Source: an uncultured Pseudomonadota bacterium (GTDB lineage: Bacteria > Babelota > Babeliae > Babelales > RVW-14). Taken from it: a DNA stretch of 64,000 nucleotides. Where the stretch lies: positions 27,225-91,224 of the forward strand of contig CAZGPI010000002.1 in the NCBI GenBank assembly GCA_964527595.1, written 5' to 3'. Made by a program: the position numbers and the translations under genes. The notes beneath the pieces were generated by a model. That model searched no databases, was not told where the DNA came from, and was given only the letters and a program-made list of their open reading frames with translations. Of the stretch, positions 44,417-54,993 are shown piece by piece; position 1 is the first letter of the stretch; each line of letters starts with the position of its first letter.

Positions 44417-45751
44417 TTAATCGATAAGCGTTTTGCTGGAGATAACTTTTTTATAGACGTTACCAATTAAGCTTGCCGAAAAGACCCAAACAGCGATTAT
44501 GCCTAGGCAGGTGGCGCCCACGAGACCGGTTGCTGGGCCAATAAAGCTGCTAATTCCTGAGCCGGTTGCCTTTGCAAAACGCATGCCAAACATGTCAATC
44601 CATGCTTTTGATTTATATTTTATATTTTTTGAGGTTGGAATATAGAGCACTTCTTTGGCTGGTTGGTAGAGTGCGTAATTGAGTGCCTTTGCAATGAGCA
44701 TGACATAGAAAATTGTCGATAGCGACGGATGAATGATGTATCCAATAAGTGATATGCCAATAACAAGAGGGAAGGCAATTAGGCAGAATTTGATTCCAAA
44801 CTTGCGTTGAAAATATGAAGTTCCGAGAAGTCCGAATAAACAGGCAATAACTTGGATTGCAAGTGCAAATTCAAACAAAAACTTATTGACCATTCCGGGG
44901 TCGGCATAAGTACTCTTAACCATGAGCGACATTTGAAATCCCATAAGTGTAGTAAGCAGTTCTTGAAAGAAAATAAGAACAAAGATTCCAGTAACATATG
45001 GTCGCGTTAATAATACTTTTAGGCCGTCGAGAAAACCAACTTTTGGAACATCGACCGTTTCGTCTATTGGTGCATGCGTTTGATAACCGCTGAGGTGTTC
45101 ATCACCAACAAAGTGCTGCAGAATGAATACAACGACGGCAACCATAAGAAACATTGAAATTGAAATAAGAGCGATAATGGGGACTCGTTGGGCATATTTT
45201 GTTGTATCGTACGATAGATAGCTGCCAAGCAAGGTGAATAAAACGCCGCCAAATTGTGTGCCAAATATAATGAGACCATAGCCTTTTTGCGCAGATTCTG
45301 GTGTTGTAACGTCATTAATAAAAGACCAGTAAAGCGAGACCATTAATGAAATATAGCTTTCAACAAACAAGTAAAACGCCCAACCAATATAGCGCTCTGG
45401 ACTTACGGTTGTGTTTTGTAGGCCGATGACGGGGTGATAAAGATAATAGACGAGGATGAGTCCTATAAAGCCATAGAAACCGATAAGGATATAGATCATT
45501 TTTTCTTTAGAAAAAATGTCGATAAGCTTTGAGTAGATTAAAACGAGAGGGAAAAATAAGCCAAGAGAAGCCAATTTTACTTGAGGCAAATATAAAGGGC
45601 CTACCATATTAATAAATATGCTGTCTTTTAAGGTTTTGAGAGGCCAATAAGAGCCAATAAGAAAAAAGAAGCCAATAGCAAGAAGGACAAATTTGATAAG
45701 CTCTTTGCCTTTTAGGTTGCCCCACAATGCTCGAATAATTCTATATCCCAT
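44417..45751 (-). CDS. TLC/Npt-family nucleotide transporter 2
   Basis: Paralog of 43008..44309, with WPLKTLKDSIF, VESYISLMVSLYWSFIND...SAQKGYGL and YALYQPAKEVLYIPTSKNIKYKSKAWIDMFGMRFAKATG. Confidence 0.85.
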   Translation of the reverse strand: MGYRIIRALWGNLKGKELIKFVLLAIGFFFLIGSYWPLKTLKDSIFINMVGPLYLPQVKLASLGLFFPLVLIYSKLIDIFSKEKMIYILIGFYGFIGLILVYYLYHPVIGLQNTTVSPERYIGWAFYLFVESYISLMVSLYWSFINDVTTPESAQKGYGLIIFGTQFGGVLFTLLGSYLSYDTTKYAQRVPIIALISISMFLMVAVVVFILQHFVGDEHLSGYQTHAPIDETVDVPKVGFLDGLKVLLTRPYVTGIFVLIFFQELLTTLMGFQMSLMVKSTYADPGMVNKFLFEFALAIQVIACLFGLLGTSYFQRKFGIKFCLIAFPLVIGISLIGYIIHPSLSTIFYVMLIAKALNYALYQPAKEVLYIPTSKNIKYKSKAWIDMFGMRFAKATGSGISSFIGPATGLVGATCLGIIAVWVFSASLIGNVYKKVISSKTLID

Positions 45752-45984
45752 AAAAAAAACACCTAAAAAGAAAAATAAAACATTTTTCGAGGAATCTAAT
45801 CCGATTTCTTGAGAAAATGCTTTGGTTTTTTAAAATATTACAATCTGTGAAAGTTTTTTTAGACATTTCTACATAACTAAGGAAGAACAAAGTCTAGCAG
45901 AAGCCGCTTGATAGTCAAATGATAAAACATTAAAAACGTTTTGAAATGCGAATGATCTCTGTTTTTTGTTAATTGTTAAGCGGG

Positions 45985-46244
45985 CTAAGAGGTCAAGATA
46001 AGCGCTGCGCTGCTATCTTGATTTATGCGAAAAAATCCATCATGGACAATGAGGCTTTGGAGCGTCTTTTCGCCAACTTGTTTGTAACAAAAAGGGCTTT
46101 TGTTTTTGATTAATGAAACAAGCGGTGTATGGTTCGGGCCAACAAAAAAGCTTCCTGTTGGGCTTTCAACTTCAACCCACTCAACGGCTATCCGACGATT
46201 ACTTGTTGGGCTGATTATTTCAAGAACAAAAGATTCGTTTTCCA

Positions 46245-46245
<1 letters not shown>
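45985..46245 (-). CDS. atpC: F-type ATP synthase epsilon subunit, N-terminal beta-sandwich domain only
   Basis: Position immediately after atpD (ATGA-type junction). FVLEIISP...VEVESPTGSFFVGPNHTPLVS resembles the epsilon N-terminal domain. Only 86 aa. Confidence 0.7.
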
Positions 46246-47774
<1,529 letters not shown>

Positions 47775-47979
47775 TTACTATGCATGATAGCACAAGGTGC
47801 TTGGTATGTTAATAGGATAAAACAAAAACTTTAAACACATTTCTTTCCATAGCTCAGACATTTGTGTTAAAATGACATAAATTTGAGATATTTGTTAAAA
47901 GGCTTTTTTAGCAAAAAAAGCTTGGCCGTGAATACATGGTCTGGGGGAGCTAAAAAAATTAAAATGGTTAGGATTGTCC

Positions 47980-50538
47980 ATGATTGCAAAAATTTTAGCA
48001 AAAGTATTTGGAACCAAGAATGAACGGGAATTAAAACGTCTTCAGCCAATGGTTGAAAGGATTAATTCGTTCGAGCCATTAATTCGTGAGTTATCAAATT
48101 TAGATTTGATTGCAAAAACAAATATATTTAGAGAGCGCATATCTCGTGGCGAATCGCTTGATAGCGTTCTATTTGAGGCTTTTGCCGTGGTGCGTGAAAC
48201 AAGTCATCGTTTTCGCAATGAGCGTCATTACGATGCACAATTGGTTGGCGGTATTGTGTTGCATGAAGGTAAAATTGCTGAAATGAAAACCGGTGAAGGT
48301 AAGACGCTGGTTGCAACGTTGCCGTTGTATTTGAATGCATTGTCCGGCAAGGGGACGCATCTTATTACGGTTAACGATTATTTGGCCCGCCGCGATGCTG
48401 AATGGATGAATCTCATTTACCAAAACCTTGGCCTTGAAGTTGGTGTGCTGCAAAACCAGATGGAGGATGCTGAGCGCAAAAAGGTTTATAACTCAGATAT
48501 CACCTACGGAACCAATAGTGAATTTGGTTTTGACTATCTGCGCGATAACATGAAATTTGATAAAAGTGACCTTGTTCAACGAGAACTTAACTTCTGTATT
48601 GTAGACGAAGTCGACTCAATTTTGGTTGATGAGGCGCGTACGCCACTCATCATTTCTGGTCCAAGTGAAAAAGGAAGTAACTTATACAAAGAGGCTGATC
48701 AAGCCGTATTAACTTTACGTAAAGAAGATTACGATATTGATGAAAAAGCTCGATCGGTACATTTGTCCGAATTGGGCACCGATAAGATTGAGCATTTTTT
48801 CAAATTAGACAATCTTTATGCGCCAGAAAATATCTTGGCTCTTCACCATGTTTCTCAGGCTTTGCGTGCTCATACGCTATTTAAAGTCGACGTTGATTAT
48901 GTGGTGCGTGAAGGCGAAGTGTTAATTGTTGACGAGTTTACTGGACGCATTTTGCCAGGTCGCCGCTATAGCGATGGATTGCACCAAGCTCTTGAATCAA
49001 AAGAAAAGGTTAAGGTTGAGCGCGAGAACCAGACCTTGGCTTCCATTACTTTGCAAAATTATTTTAGAATGTACAAAAAACTTGCCGGTATGACCGGTAC
49101 GGCAGAGACCGAAGCGGCCGAATTTTGGAAAATTTATAAACTTGCCGTTATCGTCATTCCAACCAATCGTCCAATGATTAGGCGCGATGAGGCCGATATC
49201 GTATTTTTGACGCGTGAGGACAAGTTTGGTGCAGTAGCTCAGGACATTAAAGAATGTAATAAAATTGGCCAGCCCGTACTTGTTGGTACCGTATCTATTG
49301 AAACATCAGAATACTTGAGTCATTTATTGGCCCAACAAGGCGTTGCTCATAATGTTTTGAACGCTAAGCAACATGAACGTGAAGCTGAAATTGTTAAAGA
49401 AGCTGGTGAGCGCGGCAAAGTGACGATTGCAACTAATATGGCCGGTCGTGGTACTGACATTAAGTTGGGTGAAGGGGTTCGTGATCTTGGCGGGTTACGT
49501 ATTATTGGTACCGAGCGGCACGAAAGCCGTCGTATTGATAATCAGTTGCGTGGGCGTTCTGGTCGTCAAGGGGATAAGGGTTCATCAAAATTTTATTTAT
49601 CGCTTGAAGATGACTTGATGCGTATTTTTGGTGGCGAACGGCTCAAGAAGACCATGGAACGTATTGGTATGAAGCCGGGCGAAAGCATTGAACACCGCAT
49701 GGTTTCGCGCAGTATTGAAAAAGCACAAGAGCGTGTCGAGAAGCATAACTTTGATATACGTAAACATTTGCTTGAATATGACGATGTATTAAACCAACAA
49801 CGCTCAATTATTTATCAATACCGCCGAGATGTTCTTGAGGGCGGAGAGCTTATCGTGGGTATTATCAAAGAAATGATAACCGATGTTGTGCATAGGTTAT
49901 TTGCTATTTATTGTCCGCAGGGCGGGGCTTCTGATGAGGAGCGCGCAGAGGTTATCCATGCTCTTGAAAAAGTGACCGGTATGCCCAAGCAAGTCTTTGA
50001 GCGTATTCAATTGCCAAAAAATCAAACAGGATTTGAGATAGTTGTGGCAGAGTTTCTTGTCTATCAATATGAACAAATTCGTGCGGCGATGGCGGCAAAG
50101 ATGCCAGAACAACCTGACTTTGTTGATCGAGCCGAAAAATGGGTTTTACTTGAGACTATTGATCATGCCTGGAGATTACATCTTTTGAGTATTGATCACC
50201 TTAAAGAAGGTATCGGTTGGCGCGGTTATGGATCAAAGAATCCTTTGATTGAATATAAGCGCGAGTCATTTTTTGAATTTGAACGCATGATGGAACAAAT
50301 TAAGTGGGATATTCTTCAACGTGTTTTCCATATGCGTCCAGAGGATTATTCAATTGATGCTATTGAAGAAATAGAAGAAGAAAAAGAACAAGAATTGGCG
50401 GCATTGCAACTCGGTGGAGATGGAACCGGTAAGGTTGATGTTCGAACCGTTAAGCGTGTGCAGCCAAAGGTTGGGCGCAATGAATTATGTCCTTGCGGTT
50501 CAGGGAAGAAATACAAGCATTGTTGTGGCAAGAATTAA
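47980..50538 (+). CDS. secA: Preprotein translocase ATPase SecA
   Basis: MIAKILAKVFGTKNEREL start, MKTGEGKTLVATLP, DEVDSILVDEARTPLIISG and TNMAGRGTDIKLG. C-terminal zinc motif CPCGSGKKYKHCCG. The stop codon TAA is part of a repeat copy. Confidence 0.97.
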   Translation: MIAKILAKVFGTKNERELKRLQPMVERINSFEPLIRELSNLDLIAKTNIFRERISRGESLDSVLFEAFAVVRETSHRFRNERHYDAQLVGGIVLHEGKIAEMKTGEGKTLVATLPLYLNALSGKGTHLITVNDYLARRDAEWMNLIYQNLGLEVGVLQNQMEDAERKKVYNSDITYGTNSEFGFDYLRDNMKFDKSDLVQRELNFCIVDEVDSILVDEARTPLIISGPSEKGSNLYKEADQAVLTLRKEDYDIDEKARSVHLSELGTDKIEHFFKLDNLYAPENILALHHVSQALRAHTLFKVDVDYVVREGEVLIVDEFTGRILPGRRYSDGLHQALESKEKVKVERENQTLASITLQNYFRMYKKLAGMTGTAETEAAEFWKIYKLAVIVIPTNRPMIRRDEADIVFLTREDKFGAVAQDIKECNKIGQPVLVGTVSIETSEYLSHLLAQQGVAHNVLNAKQHEREAEIVKEAGERGKVTIATNMAGRGTDIKLGEGVRDLGGLRIIGTERHESRRIDNQLRGRSGRQGDKGSSKFYLSLEDDLMRIFGGERLKKTMERIGMKPGESIEHRMVSRSIEKAQERVEKHNFDIRKHLLEYDDVLNQQRSIIYQYRRDVLEGGELIVGIIKEMITDVVHRLFAIYCPQGGASDEERAEVIHALEKVTGMPKQVFERIQLPKNQTGFEIVVAEFLVYQYEQIRAAMAAKMPEQPDFVDRAEKWVLLETIDHAWRLHLLSIDHLKEGIGWRGYGSKNPLIEYKRESFFEFERMMEQIKWDILQRVFHMRPEDYSIDAIEEIEEEKEQELAALQLGGDGTGKVDVRTVKRVQPKVGRNELCPCGSGKKYKHCCGKN

Positions 50539-50565
50539 GGGAGGTGCAGGAGGGAACGGCCTGCA
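50536..50565 (+). repeat. GC-rich stem-loop repeat, short form, copy 8 (secA-murI spacer)
   Basis: TAAGGGAGG-TGCAGG-AGGGAACGG-CCTGCA. Its TAA is the secA stop codon. The murI ATG is 12 nt after the stem. Confidence 0.9.
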
Positions 50566-50577
50566 ATACAATTAATC

Positions 50578-51384
50578 ATGTCTTTATTTGTTAAGCCAAT
50601 TGGTATGTTTGATTCAGGGGTAGGCGGCCTTGGAATTTTCCAGGCAGTCGCCCATTTATTGCCAAGCGAAGATATAGTCTATGTTGCTGGCAATAAATAC
50701 ATGCCTTTTGGCCAAAAAACTACTGAAGAAGTTCAGCAAATTTCTGAAAAAATTGTCCAATTTCTTATTGATAAACACCAGGTTAAGATGGTTGTTGTTG
50801 CGTGTAATACGGCAACCATTACAAGTATCGCTTATTTACGTTCGAAATTTACAATTCCTTTTGTTGGGGTGGTGCCTGTTGTTAAACCAGCATGTGAACA
50901 AACCAAAACGGGCTGCGTGGCAATTTTATCAACACCGCTAACCGCCGGTGGTGCGTATATTCATGAGCTTATTACTAAGTTTGGAGATGGCGTACGAGTC
51001 TTGAGTATCGGAAGTCCGGGGCTTGCTGAATTGGTTGATTCGGGGATGGTTAATACTCCAGAAATGGAATTATTATTGCGTAAGTTTATCGCTCCGGCAT
51101 TAGAAAATAATGCTGATATTATTGGCTTATGTTGCACTCATTATTCGTTTGTTCGCGAACAATTACAAAAAATTGTTGGCCCGTTGGTAACGATTGTTGA
51201 CTCAAACGATCCGGTTGCTCGTCAGGTTAAACGAGTTTTGGCGGCGATGCCCGATGGGCTAGTTCCAGAAGGTCGACAACCAAAATATCAATTCTATGCG
51301 ACAAAAGATGCAAAGAATTTTGAGATTGTTGCTCAACAGTTAATAGGAGATCTTGTTGCCGGAGTTATCGAAATTGATTTGTAA
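50578..51384 (+). CDS. murI: Glutamate racemase
   Basis: IGMFDSGVGGL, VVACNTAT and LCCTHYSF motifs. Confidence 0.9.
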   Translation: MSLFVKPIGMFDSGVGGLGIFQAVAHLLPSEDIVYVAGNKYMPFGQKTTEEVQQISEKIVQFLIDKHQVKMVVVACNTATITSIAYLRSKFTIPFVGVVPVVKPACEQTKTGCVAILSTPLTAGGAYIHELITKFGDGVRVLSIGSPGLAELVDSGMVNTPEMELLLRKFIAPALENNADIIGLCCTHYSFVREQLQKIVGPLVTIVDSNDPVARQVKRVLAAMPDGLVPEGRQPKYQFYATKDAKNFEIVAQQLIGDLVAGVIEIDL

Positions 51385-52731
51385 TTACTGACAGATTGAG
51401 TCTCTTAATCGTTCTAAGTTTTGATCATCTAAAACGTCAAAAATACCTAACCCCGTCGCATTAATGTTAAATAACGAGGCTTCAAAGTCAAGTCCAGTTT
51501 GGTCATCGGTAATCATATTGGTCCATTGATCAATGGACCTTTTATCGGCATCGATATTCGTATCGGTTACTATTTCGTATTCATCATTAAAAGATTTTCC
51601 ATTCATGCTTGTTAGTGATGATTCAAAGTAAAGGTCAAAGCCGACAAGGCGAAGAATAGCCTTTATTTTTTGGCAGTGCTTTCCGCCCGAAAAAAGAACA
51701 ATTTTTGGCTTAGACTCATTTTTGAAGATTTCAAATAGGGTTTGAATTTCAACGCTTGGATAGGCGGCATATGAGGTTGTTACAGAATTCAAAAAGAATA
51801 TGGTTTGTGAGGCTAAATTCGACTTGTTTATGTAAGGTTGGTCGAGCAAGGCTAAAAAATTGAACCCAAGGATTATTTGGGATAAGGGTGTTGCCCGAAA
51901 TTTATGCAATGTTTTTTTAGATGAATAAAGATCAAATAATGTGCGAGAAACTTCGTTAATGACGCTACGTTCCGGTCGTTCATAATAAGGCATTGAGGTA
52001 AAGATTTTTGTTGTTAAATCGCTTTCATTACGTACGCCAACGTTTTTGATTTGATGTGCAAAAATATTTTCTAGGTAATCATAGAGCTTTTTGGCGAGGT
52101 TGTTTGCGTCGGTGCAAAATGCGCCGCATGATGCGATTAATTCGTCGATTTCGTTGAGGTGGTGGTGATTGAAAAATTGCACAAATGGATAGGTGTTTTC
52201 TTTGCTTTGATTGATAATATCATCAATTGAAGTATTGAGCCTTGTTTCTGGTTGATATTGGTTAGCGAGGGTAGAAAAGCCGTAACTAGAATTTTGATCA
52301 TTAGCTATGCGATGGATCTCGTTAAGAGTTGTTAGAAGTCCGCCGTATAGCAAATGCCGATTGTCGCAGTAAATGCATTGATTTATGATTTGGGGTAATT
52401 TATATAAAAAAATATAATCGTAGTCAATATATGATATTGCCCTGGGGTTTATGGTTTTATTTGTTTCGATTAAAAAAGAGGTATCACGCATGGGGAGTTG
52501 ATCTGTTTTTTGTTTTAATTGGTCGATTTCCAGCTGTGTTGCTTGTTTGATTAGTTCTTGCTTGTGATGTGGAAGATTCTTATAGCAGAGCTCATAGTGA
52601 AAATCATGAAAGAGATAAACGGTTTGATTGCTCAATTGACTGCGAAGAACGGAGACTTTAATCGAAAGAGGGTGCAATTCAAGCGAAAAACATGAAATTA
52701 TGACGTAAAATAGGAGGAAGCGCTTATCCAT
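51385..52731 (-). CDS. Hypothetical secreted protein
   Basis: Hydrophobic N-terminus MDKRFLLFYVIISCFSLEL. 448 aa with no recognisable domain. Confidence 0.45.
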   Translation of the reverse strand: MDKRFLLFYVIISCFSLELHPLSIKVSVLRSQLSNQTVYLFHDFHYELCYKNLPHHKQELIKQATQLEIDQLKQKTDQLPMRDTSFLIETNKTINPRAISYIDYDYIFLYKLPQIINQCIYCDNRHLLYGGLLTTLNEIHRIANDQNSSYGFSTLANQYQPETRLNTSIDDIINQSKENTYPFVQFFNHHHLNEIDELIASCGAFCTDANNLAKKLYDYLENIFAHQIKNVGVRNESDLTTKIFTSMPYYERPERSVINEVSRTLFDLYSSKKTLHKFRATPLSQIILGFNFLALLDQPYINKSNLASQTIFFLNSVTTSYAAYPSVEIQTLFEIFKNESKPKIVLFSGGKHCQKIKAILRLVGFDLYFESSLTSMNGKSFNDEYEIVTDTNIDADKRSIDQWTNMITDDQTGLDFEASLFNINATGLGIFDVLDDQNLERLRDSICQ

Positions 52732-52999
52732 GGTAGTCTTTGGGTAATGTTTGCATGTTTATGTATTTCTTACGATAAGAAATACCAATGCAGATTAAAG
52801 TCTTTTTATGAAAATACAACAAGATTTATCTGTTTATTCAAAAAAAATTAATTCAAATTTTTGTTTATTAAAGATGTGATTGTTTTGTGTTTGGTGATTT
52901 ATTGCTAGGCCGTGTTGCTTAGTGATAGTATCAGAATAGAACTTTTGGGGTCGGGTTCGTTAAAAAATTAACGTTAGGTTTTAGGTTTGTGGGGTTATT

Positions 53000-53617
53000 A
53001 TGAATATTACTTTGGGCTTTATAAGCCTTATCGGCATGTGGGTTGCACAAATTTTTTATGTCCTTGTTTACATTCCGCAAATTATTACTAATTACAGGCA
53101 AAAGTCGGGAAAAGGGTTGAGTGAATTAATGCTTTTTGCTTACTTTAATACGATGGTTGCTGTTTTGTATTATGTATTTTCTTACAATTTACCACCGGCG
53201 TACAAGATTTGCTGTCCGTTGCAGATTGCAGCTTTGGTGATTTTGATTGGGCAACGTTTGTATTATGATGATATCAAGACCGCAAAGCCCTATTGGTTTT
53301 GGTACGGTGGAAATATGGTAGCATCAATGGCCTTCATTCCCTTAAGCGTTCAAAATCCTTCGGCTATTGGGTTGTTTGCGGGTTGGACAATGTTTGCATT
53401 GTCACTCATGAATCAATTACCTCAGGTTTTTAAGATTTTCAAAGAAAAAAGTGTTGCTGGTTTTAGTTTTTTCTTTATAGTATTTTCGTTTACCGCTGCG
53501 CTTGTTGAGTTTGTAACAGCTTTGATTGTTGGGTTACCCGTACAAACACTCTTGTGTGCGACTCGTGGTATCGTGATTGGCCTTGTTTGGTTTTGGCAAT
53601 TTAGGTTGTATCGCTGA
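53000..53617 (+). CDS. PQ-loop repeat (MtN3/cystinosin-like) 7-TM membrane protein
   Basis: Two PQ motifs in equivalent positions: YIPQIITNYRQKSGKGLS and NQLPQVFKIFKEKSVAGFS. About 7 hydrophobic helices. Confidence 0.7.
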   Translation: MNITLGFISLIGMWVAQIFYVLVYIPQIITNYRQKSGKGLSELMLFAYFNTMVAVLYYVFSYNLPPAYKICCPLQIAALVILIGQRLYYDDIKTAKPYWFWYGGNMVASMAFIPLSVQNPSAIGLFAGWTMFALSLMNQLPQVFKIFKEKSVAGFSFFFIVFSFTAALVEFVTALIVGLPVQTLLCATRGIVIGLVWFWQFRLYR

Positions 53618-53633
53618 GCGTACGATAGCTTTC

Positions 53634-53663
53634 TAGGGAGGGTATGGGAGGGAACGGCCCACA
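53634..53663 (+). repeat. GC-rich stem-loop repeat, short form, copy 9
   Basis: TAGGGAGG-GTA-TGGG-AGGGAACGG-CCCA-CA, between the PQ-loop gene and the NurA-like gene. Confidence 0.85.
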
Positions 53664-53709
53664 AGATAGTTTGCTAAAATTTTTTTAAAATAACTCGGAT
53701 ACAAAAGTC

Positions 53710-54891
53710 ATGCTTGACCGCAATAAGCTCGTTTATCTTTTAGATCAAATTTCATCACAACTTTTTTCAAATAAAGAAACAGATCAAAATGCTTTGGCGG
53801 GCGCAATCTGGCAATCAATTGCCAAAGACCCAGCCTTTGCCGATCGCGTAACCGATAGCGAAAGTTCCTTTTTGTTGCCGCGTTGGCAGGGCAACTTATC
53901 GGATGTATTTGAGGCACCTGTTCCTTTGGCTGAGTACACCGTTTTGGGTGTTGATGGGTCACAGGTTTATCCAGAGCGGCACCTCGCAGGCGTTGGCTGT
54001 TTTGTGGTTAATACAGGCGGTTGCTTGTTGCGTTATGGGGCAACGAGCTCGGTTGAATTTTTTTCAGCGCCACAAGTATTTACTCCAGAAAAGCTTACCG
54101 AAGATTTTGGCCATTTTTCGACCGATATGGTCGACTTAAAAAGAGAAGCGTGTGAATTTGAAACCGCATTTGATAAATCAATCCAGATTCTTAGTCAGTG
54201 GCCGACAATTGTTTCCGTTGGGCAACGACGCCCATTTGTTTTTTTGTTCGATGGTAGTTTGATTTTTTGGCATTTAGAGGGTAAACCGCAGGATGTGCGT
54301 GATGCCTTTTTGCGGGTTTATCTTGATTACTTACAGAAGTTTTACGATAAAGCTATTGTTATGGCTGGGTACATAAGTATGCCAAAAAGTAGGGAGCTGG
54401 TAAATTTGACGCGGATCGGGTTGTGTCGTTTTGATAAGGCAAATTGTATTCCGTGCCATAGTGCTTTTACCGATTTTCCGTGTAAGGCCGTTGACCAGGT
54501 CTTGGACACCCAGTTATGCAAAATGTTTTTACCCAAGTTTGGGCGGACGACCATTTTTTATAGTACGTCAAATATTGTTGAGCATTATCCTCAACATCTT
54601 AAACCGGCCTTTTTTTATCTTGATGTTGGCAGTGAAGTAGTGCGCATCGAAATTCCAGCATGGGTTGCTAATGATCCTTCGGCGATTGATTTGGTCTGCG
54701 CCGTTGCTCTTGATCAGGCCAATAAGGGGCGTGGATATCCGGTTGCCCTTGCCGAATCTCACGAGCAAGCTGTTATTCGTGGTGCCGATCGTGACTTTTT
54801 TTACCATGTTATGAGTAAACGCAGCCTTGAGCATCAGCGCCGCATTGTCATGTCGCCTAAAAGTATCAAGAAAAAAGGCATTGGAATTTGA
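53710..54891 (+). CDS. NurA-domain nuclease-like protein
   Basis: VLGVDGSQVYPE and FLFDGSLIFW (paired DGS motifs), YISMPKSRELV, RIEIPAWV and GRGYPVALAESHEQAVIRGADRDFF match my recollection of the NurA domain layout. No HerA-type ATPase is adjacent. Confidence 0.55.
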   Translation: MLDRNKLVYLLDQISSQLFSNKETDQNALAGAIWQSIAKDPAFADRVTDSESSFLLPRWQGNLSDVFEAPVPLAEYTVLGVDGSQVYPERHLAGVGCFVVNTGGCLLRYGATSSVEFFSAPQVFTPEKLTEDFGHFSTDMVDLKREACEFETAFDKSIQILSQWPTIVSVGQRRPFVFLFDGSLIFWHLEGKPQDVRDAFLRVYLDYLQKFYDKAIVMAGYISMPKSRELVNLTRIGLCRFDKANCIPCHSAFTDFPCKAVDQVLDTQLCKMFLPKFGRTTIFYSTSNIVEHYPQHLKPAFFYLDVGSEVVRIEIPAWVANDPSAIDLVCAVALDQANKGRGYPVALAESHEQAVIRGADRDFFYHVMSKRSLEHQRRIVMSPKSIKKKGIGI

Positions 54892-54993
54892 ATACATAAC
54901 GATTCTTTTGGGTAAATTTGCAAAATTTACAAATCATTTGATATCTTAAATTTGTCATTTTTACAATTTGGGCTATTAAGGAGTCGGGGTGTT

